A stretch of 63,950 nt of DNA, the filler included, from an uncultured Methanospirillum sp. (GTDB lineage: Archaea > Halobacteriota > Methanomicrobia > Methanomicrobiales > Methanospirillaceae): NCBI GenBank assembly GCA_964637135.1. It is 6 parts of 6 records of this genome, joined end to end, with 100 filler letters (N's around TTAATTAATTAA, not from the genome) between each part and the next. Parts side by side here need not be neighbours in the genome. Positions count along the whole stretch, not along the records: positions 40,794 to 52,919 come from CAZWTX010000047.1; positions 53,020 to 62,279 come from CAZWTX010000051.1; 4 more parts are not named here. The stretch is one strand, 5' to 3'. Of the stretch, positions 50,585 to 59,912 are shown one piece after another. Each line of letters opens with the position of its first letter. The stretch's first letter is position 1. Under the pieces are notes generated by a model. It ran no database searches, was not told where the DNA came from, and saw only the letters and a program-made list of their open reading frames with translations. Made by a program: the position numbers and the translations under genes.

Positions 50585-51556
50585 TCACCTGACGTGCGGA
50601 AGTATATCATTCCAGATCTTGAGGCTGGCAACATCATTACTAAAAGATAGGCTAGAGCCTTTGGCGATCGCCATACCCATGTTGACAATGGCGAGATGAT
50701 TGTACCCCATCCGTGTATACTCCTCGATCCTCTTGATGAAATCTTCTGTATCATGGAAGATTGACATCATACTGCTCGTTAAGGCCCTTTTCATAGCGCC
50801 TCCACTGATGGTACCGGCGTCATGCGGCAGCATCTCAGGCCGGACCACCTGGTCTGGATCATAAACATACGAAAAATGTCCAACGCGTTCCATGGTGTTC
50901 GGATCCCTGCCTGAATCCATGGCAGCAGATTCCAGAGCCGGCCAGAGCTCTCCCTGTACATACTGGGGGCTGTTCGCAATGCTGATGAGGTGGTCACCGA
51001 GGCGTCCCGCCAAGTTCGCCGCACGGGGTCCGATGGCACTCACGTACACCGGGATCTTTTCCTTTGGCCGGGTCAAGAGGACCGCGTTATTGAGCGTGTA
51101 GTACTTCCCTGCTCTGCTGATGGGCTTGGCACTCGTCCACAGATCGTTCATGATTGTAAGTGCTTCTTCGAGCATCTCGAGCCTTGTGCTATTCGAGGGC
51201 CATTCGCCGTTATAGACCGCCATCTCGTTCGGCGGTTCGGCCGTGCCTATGCCAATCCCCACGCGTTCCGGGTACATCGCCCCCATGGTGGCGAACGCCT
51301 GTGCAACGATGGCCGGGTGATAACGCATGATGGGGGCAGTGACACCGGTGATGAAGGGCACCCGTTCGGTTGCCTGGAGTGCAGAACTCATGACCGTCCA
51401 GGCAAAGTTGCATTCTGTCCCGCCCGGCATTGCTATCAGGTGGTCTTCGACCCATAACGAGTCAAATCCAATCTTTTCTGCTGCTATCGCCTGCTCTAAA
51501 CACCCGATCGGTGTCCAGCCATCGGTTATAGCAAAATAGCCAATTTTAATTTTCAT
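50585..51556 (-). CDS. F420-dependent LLM-class oxidoreductase, Adf/FGD subfamily
   Basis: KIGYFA, LEQAIAAEKIGFDSLWVEDH, ALQAT, PIMRYHPAIVAQAFAT, GEWP, AG..GDHL; RBS GGAGG. Confidence 0.9.
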   Translation of the reverse strand: MKIKIGYFAITDGWTPIGCLEQAIAAEKIGFDSLWVEDHLIAMPGGTECNFAWTVMSSALQATERVPFITGVTAPIMRYHPAIVAQAFATMGAMYPERVGIGIGTAEPPNEMAVYNGEWPSNSTRLEMLEEALTIMNDLWTSAKPISRAGKYYTLNNAVLLTRPKEKIPVYVSAIGPRAANLAGRLGDHLISIANSPQYVQGELWPALESAAMDSGRDPNTMERVGHFSYVYDPDQVVRPEMLPHDAGTISGGAMKRALTSSMMSIFHDTEDFIKRIEEYTRMGYNHLAIVNMGMAIAKGSSLSFSNDVASLKIWNDILPHVR

Positions 51557-51718
51557 GTTTCCTCCCTATCCCAATTTTCGTTAAGCGGTCAGGAGTTTTA
51601 TGAACACCTGATGCATTCACCATGGATTACTAATATTTTTCCTTTATATTAAGGAATACTATAAAAAATTAACGATAACAACCTTTTTGTCATTCAGTTA
51701 TAATAGTTGACGATTACC

Positions 51719-52513
51719 ATGTTTCGATTACAAAAAGACTCGACATACCTGATGCCCCCACATTTTGGGGGCGACGTTTTTGATACATCCCAAAGGGCAC
51801 GACAGAAAGCGACAATGCTCTCGATGACCTTCGAGACCGACCGTGCAGAACTCGAACGTTACATCCCCGAAGAGCTCGAGCTCCTGGCCCCTGAAGTGCA
51901 GGTCTCCTTGAACCAGTTGACAGAGATCAACTGGCTTGCCGGGGGTCACTATAACCTGGTGGGCGTGACTGCCCCCGTCCGGTTCACTGGAGATGGAGAT
52001 CGGATTGATGCCATGTATGATCTCGTTGTCTGGGAGAACCGGACTGCCCCCATCCTCACCGGCCGGGAGCAGACCGGTGTGCCGAAGATCTTTGCCGATA
52101 TCGAGGACCTGCACATCCTCCGACCTCATTTCGCGACATCGGTTAGTTACGAAGGAAACACATTCCTGGAGATGGCATTTGAGGCGGGGAGCCCGCTTGC
52201 GGGGAAGGACCTGGAACAGGCGAAACTTCTGTTCAAATCCCTTGATTCCATCGGATGGAGATATATACCAAAAGTTGGAGCTCCGGGAGCGGACCTCTCC
52301 CATTTCATCCTTTTCCCCCAGGCGATGGAGGTGGAATCCGTGTATCCGGGAAAGGGCACCCTCATGTGGACCGAACTCTCCGTAATGCAGAACCCGCGAC
52401 AGCACCATATCATCAGGGCACTCGCCTCTCTCCCGGTGAAAAAAATGATGCCGGCCATCATGGCAGAAGGGGAAATTATCCTGCACGCGGCCGGGGGACG
52501 GGTTCTCGTGTAA
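51719..52513 (+). CDS. Acetoacetate decarboxylase (ADC) superfamily protein
   Basis: YLMPPHFG, F.TD...L...IP, WLAGG.YN, GRE.TG.PK with the Schiff-base Lys; alternative start TTG 51707. Confidence 0.85.
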   Translation: MFRLQKDSTYLMPPHFGGDVFDTSQRARQKATMLSMTFETDRAELERYIPEELELLAPEVQVSLNQLTEINWLAGGHYNLVGVTAPVRFTGDGDRIDAMYDLVVWENRTAPILTGREQTGVPKIFADIEDLHILRPHFATSVSYEGNTFLEMAFEAGSPLAGKDLEQAKLLFKSLDSIGWRYIPKVGAPGADLSHFILFPQAMEVESVYPGKGTLMWTELSVMQNPRQHHIIRALASLPVKKMMPAIMAEGEIILHAAGGRVLV

Positions 52514-52538
52514 CCAGCGCAACATGACGTTGGGCTTG

Positions 52539-52870
52539 ATGAAGAATGCCAGTTACAACGACTGGATTTGCATCGTTGCCGGTGTGAACTCCGGCACGTG
52601 TAGCCAGACAACTTGCCACATATGGTGATGGGGATCAGGTACACACGCTTATCGGTGATATGACAAACAGGTTGAGAATGCAGTCATGATACATGGCCGA
52701 GACCGGATATGTTTTCCAACAATACCAGCGTTGGCCACACAGCCCGTTTGAAAAAGAAACGCTCGCTGACTGGAAGGCCATAATCGACAAACCCTGGAGC
52801 GTGATCTATAGATCACATGCAGCAGTGCCGATGATGTTCAGGCAGGGATCCGGCCACATATTTTCCGACA
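52539..52870 (+). pseudogene. Short-chain dehydrogenase/reductase remnant
   Basis: ICIVAGVNSG (degenerate TGxxxGIG) then, after stops and shifts, PFEKETLADWKAIID..WSVIY..HAAVPMM.RQGSGHI. Confidence 0.7.
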
Positions 52871-52919
52871 TAAGAAGTAGTTTATCAGCAGTCCAAATTA
52901 TGTTAAAGCCTCAGCCGAG

Positions 52920-53019
52920 NNNNNNNNNNNNNNNNNNNNNNNNNNNNNNNNNNNNNNNNNNNNTTAATTAATTAANNNNNNNNNNNNNNNNNNNNNNNNN
53001 NNNNNNNNNNNNNNNNNNN
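52920..53019. other. Artificial contig-joining linker
   Basis: N/TTAATTAATTAA/N spacer. Confidence 0.98.
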
Positions 53020-55053
53020 TACGAGAAAGCCCTCGAACTCGATCCCGAGAACCAGTCGGCCTGGAACCAGCGGGGTCTTGCCCTGAGGGCCGTCGGCGTT
53101 CCCGATGAAGCCCGCGACTCGTTCGAACATGCCACCGAGAAGGGATTGCAGACGCCGGAGACCTGGGTCAACCATGCGATCACGAGCTTTGAACTCGGCG
53201 AGTACCGCCAGACGGTCTCATCGTTCGAGAAAGCCTGTAGGATCGGCCCGATTCCCCCCGACAGCTGGCGTATCTACCTTGATGCCCTCGCTCTGGAAGG
53301 AGCAAACCAGAAACTCATCCGGGTCGCTGAACGGTACATCGAGCTCTTCGGGGCAGATGAAGACGTTCTCTTCCTCTTTGGGGTGGCCCAGTACCATGAG
53401 AAACTCTACGAGGCGGCCCTCCACCACTTCTCCGAGGCACTGGCACGGGAGAGCGGGCATGTAGACGCCCTCTACTGGTCAGGGCTCACGCTCCTTGAGC
53501 TCCACCGGTTCCCGGAAGCGATCACCGCCTTCGAACAGGTCGAGGATGCCGAGCCGGACGACCATCTCGCCTGGTTTTACCATGCAAAAGGACTTGTTGC
53601 GCTTGATGAACTCCAGAAAGCAGAGTTCATCCTGAAACACTCACTCCAGATCAATGACCAGGCCTATGATGCCTGGTACCTCCTCGCCTGGATCCAGCAT
53701 CATCAACGCCAGCTCCCGGAGGCGATCAAATCCCTGACGAGGGCCCTTGACCTGGAACCGGGAAGCAACGAGGCACTCCTCATGAAGGCAGAGATCCAGA
53801 ATGCGATGGGGTCCTACCTCGGGGCCTGTCAGTCATACGAACTGATCCGTGAACCGGAGGCATCCCTGCCAAAGGTACTCTTTGGATATGCGACCGCCCT
53901 CTACCATACCGGGAAGTTCAGGGAAGCGATGACCCGGGTTCAGCGGCTGATTGCCAGGGATGAGAAGAATGCAGATATCTGGAGATTGAAAGGGGATATC
54001 GAACGGGCGCTCGGCCTCTTTGAGGAGGCAGCAGGTTCGCTCCGGGAAGCGTGCCGATATGCCCCCGACGATCCCCGGATGCTCGGCCTGCAGGGAGTGG
54101 TCCTGTATGAGGCCGGCCTATTCACGGATGCCCTTCATTTCCTGGATCGTGCACTTACCCATGACCGTGAGAATGCCGATCTCTGGAAACGGAAAGGGGC
54201 AACGCTTGAGGCACTCAGGCAGTACGGGAAGGCAGCCGGTGCATACCAGGAGGCGGCAAAACGGCTTGCCGACGATCCCGATCTCATCCGCCGGCTCGGA
54301 CAGGTGTGGTACGCTGCCGGAAACTGTGAGAAGGCACTGGTCAGGTGCGAACAGTTCCTCGAGGCTGCCCCTGATGATCTCGAGATCAGAGAACTGAAGG
54401 CCAAGATCCTCTTCAGGCTCGGGAACTATTCGGCTTCTGCCGACGAGTTTGCCCTGATCCTCACAAAGAAACCGGGCGATACCGCAACAGAACTCAGGTA
54501 TGCCCGCAGTCTTTTCCATGCCGGACGATTTGAGGAGGTGATCGGACCGGTGGACCGGGTGCTTGCCGCTACGCCGTCAGACCCGGAAGCCTGGCGGATG
54601 AAGGCAGGGGCCGAGACAGCTCTTGGCCGTCACTCCGAAGCGGCACAGGCCGTGGCAGAGGCCCTCCGGCAGACACCGGACGATCCTGATCTTCTGGTGA
54701 GTTACGCAAAGGGACTCTCAGAGAAAGGGGAGTATGACACGGCTCTTGCCACCATCACCCGGGTGACCGAACTCGCCCCGGATCGGCAGGAACCATGGGC
54801 ACTCCAGGCAGAGCTCTTCTGGCTGTGTGGGGAACACGAAGCGGCTGCCCATGCATTCGAACGCATTCTGGCAACCGACGAGGGAAATGCACGGGCGTGG
54901 TTCCTCCGGGGCGACGCTCTCCAGAACCTCGGAAAGTTCGAGGATGCTGCAATGGCCCATGAACGGGCGTTCACCCTGGGCGGCGATCCGTCCGTTGGGC
55001 TCATGATCTCGAAGAAGATGCGGTTTCTCCAGCAGAAGGGGGAGCAGAAGTGA
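53020..55053 (+). CDS. TPR-repeat protein, 5'-truncated
   Basis: YEKALELDPENQSAWNQRG is in frame with the 635-aa ORF; many 34-aa W..KG..L..LG...A repeats. Confidence 0.92.
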   Translation, partial: YEKALELDPENQSAWNQRGLALRAVGVPDEARDSFEHATEKGLQTPETWVNHAITSFELGEYRQTVSSFEKACRIGPIPPDSWRIYLDALALEGANQKLIRVAERYIELFGADEDVLFLFGVAQYHEKLYEAALHHFSEALARESGHVDALYWSGLTLLELHRFPEAITAFEQVEDAEPDDHLAWFYHAKGLVALDELQKAEFILKHSLQINDQAYDAWYLLAWIQHHQRQLPEAIKSLTRALDLEPGSNEALLMKAEIQNAMGSYLGACQSYELIREPEASLPKVLFGYATALYHTGKFREAMTRVQRLIARDEKNADIWRLKGDIERALGLFEEAAGSLREACRYAPDDPRMLGLQGVVLYEAGLFTDALHFLDRALTHDRENADLWKRKGATLEALRQYGKAAGAYQEAAKRLADDPDLIRRLGQVWYAAGNCEKALVRCEQFLEAAPDDLEIRELKAKILFRLGNYSASADEFALILTKKPGDTATELRYARSLFHAGRFEEVIGPVDRVLAATPSDPEAWRMKAGAETALGRHSEAAQAVAEALRQTPDDPDLLVSYAKGLSEKGEYDTALATITRVTELAPDRQEPWALQAELFWLCGEHEAAAHAFERILATDEGNARAWFLRGDALQNLGKFEDAAMAHERAFTLGGDPSVGLMISKKMRFLQQKGEQK

Positions 55054-55076
55054 GGCTGATGGGGTTGTTGCACTCA

Positions 55077-55178
55077 TCCGGAATACAGGTACCGGGGATT
55101 GGGGGGATGGATCACTTATGGGAATCAGGCGGTGCATCGGGTTACGTGTTTTTACGGTACTATTCTGACACTACCCTC
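55077..55178 (+). repeat. ~100-bp direct repeat, copy 1
   Basis: Matches 56799-56899 with 7 substitutions and 1 indel by manual alignment. Confidence 0.92.
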
Positions 55179-55345
55179 TGCGAGGAATATCGTCACCCAA
55201 ACCCGCATCCCGATCTCTTCGATAACCGGATCTGTCAGCCCGAATTCTTCAGCCTTCCGAAGAATCCTCCGAAACCCTGACCCCTATTGCTCAATCAGAT
55301 CACGTTCCCTGAAGACCCGGGGGGCAATCGACTCGGCGATAAGAT
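55179..55345 (-). pseudogene. Remnant of an HATPase_c_4 (AlbA_2/RecG-C-terminal-like) gene
   Basis: RVFRERDLIEQ*GSGFRRILRKAEEFGLTDPVIEEIGMRV; TAG (55284-55286) at the conserved W of EQWGSG. Confidence 0.7.
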
Positions 55346-55546
55346 TACAGAGCCGTTCTTCCTCGCCAAGGGGATCAACAACCCCGGTTCTCGTCCGGGA
55401 TGAATCCTCCCGATAATAATCCGGCCGCCTGCGGTGTTGGTACAGGCTACAATGGTCTTGAGAATTTTTTTGGCGAAGAAAGATCCCGCTTACATTCGAG
55501 GGGCTCCCCTCCGGCTGGGTAACAAGATCTGATGGAGAAAGGAAGA

Positions 55547-55909
55547 TTAATCTCCTCCTTTAGTGAGAACAGCAGGTCCTGATGGGGAATCATGATTGAG
55601 AATTCGGAGTAATTCTGGTATATCATATTGTATGGATTGCCAGATAACTTCAGTATCTATCTTTGCATATGAATGAATCAGGAAATCGCGTGTCTTTGCA
55701 TATTCTGACCATGGGATTTCCGGATATCTATCTTTCGTATCTGATGATACCATTTTTGCAGCCTCACCAATCACTTCCAGACACCGGATAAGTGCATACT
55801 GAAGTTGACGGTCCTGCACGAGTTCTTCCCGGGTTCGGTCTCCAAGAAATGAGATAGCATCTGAACACATCTCTCTGATGTCGGCCAGAAGAGAGAGATC
55901 ACGATCCAT
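55547..55909 (-). CDS. hepT: HepT-like HEPN (DUF86) ribonuclease toxin
   Basis: LEVIGEAAK, PEIPW, RDFLIHSY = Rx4HxY. Confidence 0.93.
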   Translation of the reverse strand: MDRDLSLLADIREMCSDAISFLGDRTREELVQDRQLQYALIRCLEVIGEAAKMVSSDTKDRYPEIPWSEYAKTRDFLIHSYAKIDTEVIWQSIQYDIPELLRILNHDSPSGPAVLTKGGD

Positions 55910-56210
55910 ATATTCTCACCATGGTTGAGAGCACCTCTTGTCTCATTATCGGATTCATGAAATCATCAATCGCTCTTCGGGTGATGAGATCTACCTTCCG
56001 GCCCAGTACCTTCTCCAGATCGGTCTGCAGTGAAGCAAGGGTAAGCAGGGTTATTCGTGCACCGGGCATAAATTCTACAACCAGATCGATATCGCTCTCT
56101 TTTGAATAATCTTCACGGAGTGCAGAACCGAAGATCCACATCGATGATATCTGAAAATGAGGAATGATGTTTGATCGTATTTCTGATGGGAGATCAGTAA
56201 TTTTTATCAT
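55899..56210 (-). CDS. mntA: MntA-like minimal nucleotidyltransferase antitoxin
   Basis: FGSALREDYSKESDIDLVVEF, LGRKVDL; overlaps the hepT start. Confidence 0.93.
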   Translation of the reverse strand: MIKITDLPSEIRSNIIPHFQISSMWIFGSALREDYSKESDIDLVVEFMPGARITLLTLASLQTDLEKVLGRKVDLITRRAIDDFMNPIMRQEVLSTMVRIYGS

Positions 56211-56258
56211 ATCTCTGCTCTGGTGAATTGTTTCTTTATTCTTCCTGCTTAATATATA

Positions 56259-56709
56259 TCATTCCAGTCTCATAATCTCCGGATAATTCTCCTCAATCCG
56301 CTCTTCAAGCACCCTGGCCTCCTTGTTCAGCAGCTCCAGTTCCTCGTTTCTCCTGCTCTATCTGTTTCATCGCCTCATTAAGGGCTTTACCGATACCTGT
56401 TCCTTCAGGAAGATTGTTGGGATAGGAAAACCGGGCCGTATCAGGCACATAGAGACCGGCCTTTGACGGGTACACTTCCTTTGCGGGTCTTCTCCGGCTG
56501 GATGTGCCATCGGAGGTGTTCACTTTGGTAACGACCATTTCGAATCTGACGTCCGCATATTTGAGTAAGATAAGACCCCGGACCGGGACCGAATATTCAG
56601 AGGGTTTCAGACCCGGATTTGCCCAGAGCTGATCTGCAGCAGCCTGAAGATTTGCTTCAAAACCGCCGTTCTCCGGTTTTGACTCGTTATTCTTTTTCAG
56701 GCGTGCCAT
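56259..56709 (-). pseudogene. hsdM: Type I restriction-modification HsdM with the catalytic core deleted
   Basis: N-domain (AADQLWAN.GLKPSEYS.PV.GLI.LKYAD, IGKALNEAMK.IE) joined out of frame to the C-terminal helix NEELELLNKEARVLEERI; no GxG or NPPF motifs. Confidence 0.85.
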
Positions 56710-56798
56710 GTATGAAAGCAGTGTTTATCGGGGAGGTCGATATATGTTTTTTAAATTGTGGTGCTGTCTAATCTGATACTCTAACAATCTGGATCGCT

Positions 56799-56899
56799 TC
56801 CGGAATACGGGTACCAGGGATAGGGAGGATGGATCACTCATGGGAATCGGGCGGTGCATCGGGTTACTTGTTTTTACGGTACTATTCTGACACTCCCTC
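56799..56899 (+). repeat. ~100-bp direct repeat, copy 2
   Basis: Matches 55077-55178; offset 1722 bp. Confidence 0.92.
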
Positions 56900-56952
56900 C
56901 AGGTACCCGAATCTAGAGAAATCTTTTTCTTCACATCGCCTATTCATTCTTC

Positions 56953-57945
56953 ATGCGTCTGCCGGTATTCGTCAGGGGGATATCTGGTATATTGGTGCTA
57001 TTTCTTCTTGCTTTTTCGGTGATCCCGGTATCAGGATCAGAAGCGGACTGGCCGGATAATGATAATCCCGTTGTTCCTGATCTGCAGGGGGAGCCATATG
57101 GATCACTCGCCCGGCATCATCTGACTGTTCTTACTGATACGATTGGTGCCCGTCCGGCCGGGAGTGATCAGGAGAAAGAGGCTGCAGCGTATATTTTCTC
57201 TTCACTTACCGATTCTGGCTATGATGTACGGAAACAGCCATTTTCCTTTATTGATGAGGATGGAGAGAAGGGATATTCGGACAATATTATTGCAGTGAAA
57301 GGAGGAGAATCTCCCCAGGAGATTATTGTAGGGGCACATTACGATTCGTATGGTGATGGCACCGGCGCAGACGATAATGCAGGGTCGGTAGCTGTTCTCC
57401 TTGAGGTGGCTGAACGGCTGCAGGATTATCAGACCCCCTACACCATCCGTTTCGTTGCGTTTGGAGCAGAGGAAGAGGATCTGGATGGATCCCGGTATTA
57501 TGTCAGACAGATCAACCAGAGTTTGCGAAGGGATATTCTGGGAATGATAAACCTGGATGGTCTGATTGCGGGGGATTTTGTGTATCTGTACGGAGACAGC
57601 GGGGTACCAATCCGGGATCACCTGGTATCGGTGGCAGATGAGGAACAATTTGAAGTTGAGACAATTCCTTCCGAGGATCTTGATTATGAGGATGGCACCC
57701 CCTGTGAATGTGCCGATTATGCTCCGTTTCAAACTGCCGGCATTCCCTTTGTATTCTTTGAGGCTACCAACTGGGACCTCGGCGATGAAGACGGTCTTAC
57801 TCAGGTGAGTTATACGTATGGAGAGGATGGGGTTATCGGTCATACCCGGTTTGATACAATAGAATATCTAGACTCCACGTTTCCCGGGAGAATCGATCAG
57901 CGTTTGGAAGGGTTTAGCAGGCTCCTTGTGGCAGCACTATCCTGA
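56953..57945 (+). CDS. Secreted M28 aminopeptidase (Iap-like)
   Basis: Signal peptide; GAHYDS, GADDNA, FGAEEE, NLD, ADY.PF, HT.FD. Confidence 0.92.
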   Translation: MRLPVFVRGISGILVLFLLAFSVIPVSGSEADWPDNDNPVVPDLQGEPYGSLARHHLTVLTDTIGARPAGSDQEKEAAAYIFSSLTDSGYDVRKQPFSFIDEDGEKGYSDNIIAVKGGESPQEIIVGAHYDSYGDGTGADDNAGSVAVLLEVAERLQDYQTPYTIRFVAFGAEEEDLDGSRYYVRQINQSLRRDILGMINLDGLIAGDFVYLYGDSGVPIRDHLVSVADEEQFEVETIPSEDLDYEDGTPCECADYAPFQTAGIPFVFFEATNWDLGDEDGLTQVSYTYGEDGVIGHTRFDTIEYLDSTFPGRIDQRLEGFSRLLVAALS

Positions 57946-58433
57946 CAATACCCGATCCAACTCTTTCCGAATGAGCGAATTCTCCTTTCTTCAGGCGGGT
58001 GGTTGCAGGAGCTGGAGGAGTTATTCATGAATCTGATTTTGGGAGGAAAAGATCAGATAAAAAGGGAGGATATTTTTTATTAAAAAGATTCCGCTGATCC
58101 AGTCTGCTATAACTGGCAGAGGATCTCGGAACCTGCGGTGTTGTCGTCGGTGAGTTTTCCTTCCATGTGAAGGGGATGACATACGAACTGACCGCCTTTG
58201 CCCTCCATTCTTTCACGATGCCGGGTGGAGGATCTTCTTCTGCTCTGGATCCGTCAGAAATTCCTCCGGATGGATACCGATACACAGGTACCATAAAAAA
58301 CCGGGGAGAATAAACCCCGCACCGTGATATAATAGAATTTCCCGGGAATTCAGCCGAGGATACCGAAATCTCCGTTTGCAGAAATCAGATTCACAGGAGA
58401 TTGATAATATATCAGAGCTAATAGGAGTGTACT

Positions 58434-58595
58434 ATGACTGGCGAAGGAATAACGAACGCCCCCGCTGCCCTAAAAGATCCAGTCTTATGCCCGATACCTC
58501 CCAGTTCAAGCCTTACCACCCGGATTTATGGAGTATTTCAGATTCAGGACGAATCAGTAATTGAAGAGATTGCTGAAAGTGACATCCTTGAATAA
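58434..58595 (+). CDS. Putative 53-aa antitoxin (below the ORF-track cutoff)
   Basis: GGAG RBS; MTGEG...SLTTRIYGVFQIQDESVIEEIAESDILE*; acidic tail; overlaps the PIN gene start. Confidence 0.6.
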   Translation: MTGEGITNAPAALKDPVLCPIPPSSSLTTRIYGVFQIQDESVIEEIAESDILE

Positions 58596-59091
58596 TATCA
58601 GAGACGTACCCTCCGGCACCAGGGTAATTGTTGATACCAACATTTTTGTGTACCTCACTGCTCCTCACCCACGGTTGGGACCGGTTTGCAGAGATCTCGT
58701 CTATCGTGTTGAAACCGGAGATATTCAGGGGTATATTCCTCATCCGGTTGTGTATGAAATCCTGCACCGCCTGATGATAGAAGAGATAATCAGGTCAGGA
58801 GAGGCCCATGAAGGTATTTCAGCGGTGAGATACCTGAAAAATAAACCTGAAGCGATTCAACACATGACCCTGGCATGGGATGTGTTCTCTGTCCTGAGGA
58901 GTATCGGATTTGAACTGATACCCGATAGCCCAACCACGCCGGATCGCACCTTCCATCTCTCACGTACCTGTCAGCTCCTTGCAAAAGATGCGGCTATCGC
59001 AGCGATTGCACAGGAAACAGGAATTTCCAACATTGTGACAAATGATCTCGATTTTACGAGAGTTCCATTTTTAACCGTATGGAGACCGTGA
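58579..59091 (+). CDS. vapC: VapC-like PIN-domain ribonuclease
   Basis: IVDTNIFVY, VVYE, DAAIAA, IVTNDLDF; GTG 58579 preferred over TTG 58561. Confidence 0.9.
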   Translation: MTSLNNIRDVPSGTRVIVDTNIFVYLTAPHPRLGPVCRDLVYRVETGDIQGYIPHPVVYEILHRLMIEEIIRSGEAHEGISAVRYLKNKPEAIQHMTLAWDVFSVLRSIGFELIPDSPTTPDRTFHLSRTCQLLAKDAAIAAIAQETGISNIVTNDLDFTRVPFLTVWRP

Positions 59092-59438
59092 TTACTTCAG
59101 AAAGAAAGGGAAAAGAAAGTTCCGGATAGGGTATCTGACTCATTCGCACGTTTGGATTTAAAAAGGCGAATTGCTTCTCTGATGAGTTCACCCGACACTT
59201 GGCAGGTCAGTTAGAGAAAATAAGAATTTTTTATTTCCTCTAATGGGATTTTTACTAAATATTTGACGTTTTTTTCATTGAGGTGGGGTTCATAGTACTC
59301 GACCTATGTATATAATCAAGCTGATGATATTGCAAAAGGTCTCAATTTGGGCTCCATATTTCTAATCTTGGATCCCTATGGACAACAGTTGTACCTCTAT
59401 TTAGATGCATCTCAAAAAATAATTCCAAATTGAAATTT

Positions 59439-59800
59439 TCACATGCCGAGAGTCGGGTGCAATTTCGCTCGTGCATTATCAGATGTGAATTGCCAGTTCA
59501 CCGACTTTTGATCTCCATTTCGCTTTTTTTGCCACATCTCAATTTCATATTTTTAAGAGGTCAATTTGACCGTTTCTCCGGTTCAAACATTGTTAGTAAT
59601 GGCACTAAATTCGATTTCTGCAATGTCCATACAGGAACCATGTTTGGGTGAGTGCTGTATTTCTCATCGTTTGGCATGTTTTAACGCTTCTTGAGGAGAA
59701 AAAGTTGCATATTGAGCTCCGATCGTATGTGTGTTCAAGTTACCACAGGCAAGAATAATTTTGGATACGTCAGAATAATCCTCTATTAAAATCGAGCGTA
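59439..59800 (-). mobile_element. IS630-family transposase remnant (3' part, frameshifted)
   Basis: Hand translation: KIILACGNLNTH...HSPKHGSCMDIAEIEFS / QCLNRR / RN...VNWQFTSDNARAKL, matching IS630 DNLNTH, YTPKHGSWLN.AEIE, W.FT...AR.KL. Confidence 0.85.
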
Positions 59801-59860
59801 TTTTGGACGTATTGCGGCCCTAACTAGATCTAACCCAATTGGAGGATCATGTTTCAGATA

Positions 59861-59899
59861 ACTTTACAAACAAATACGATAATTACTATTTTGTAAAGT
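59861..59899. promoter_or_regulatory. Perfect 10-bp inverted repeat, probable XRE operator
   Basis: ACTTTACAAA-N19-TTTGTAAAGT directly upstream of ATG 59913. Confidence 0.65.
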
Positions 59900-59912
59900 G
59901 AGAGGGAACCGT

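Noticed and set aside
55284..55286. In-frame TAG as pyrrolysine
   Set aside because: It lies in a short gene fragment at a conserved Trp; simple nonsense decay explains it
58025..58294. 89-aa minus-strand ORF
   Set aside because: No recognisable domain; it may be a gene relic but this cannot be supported
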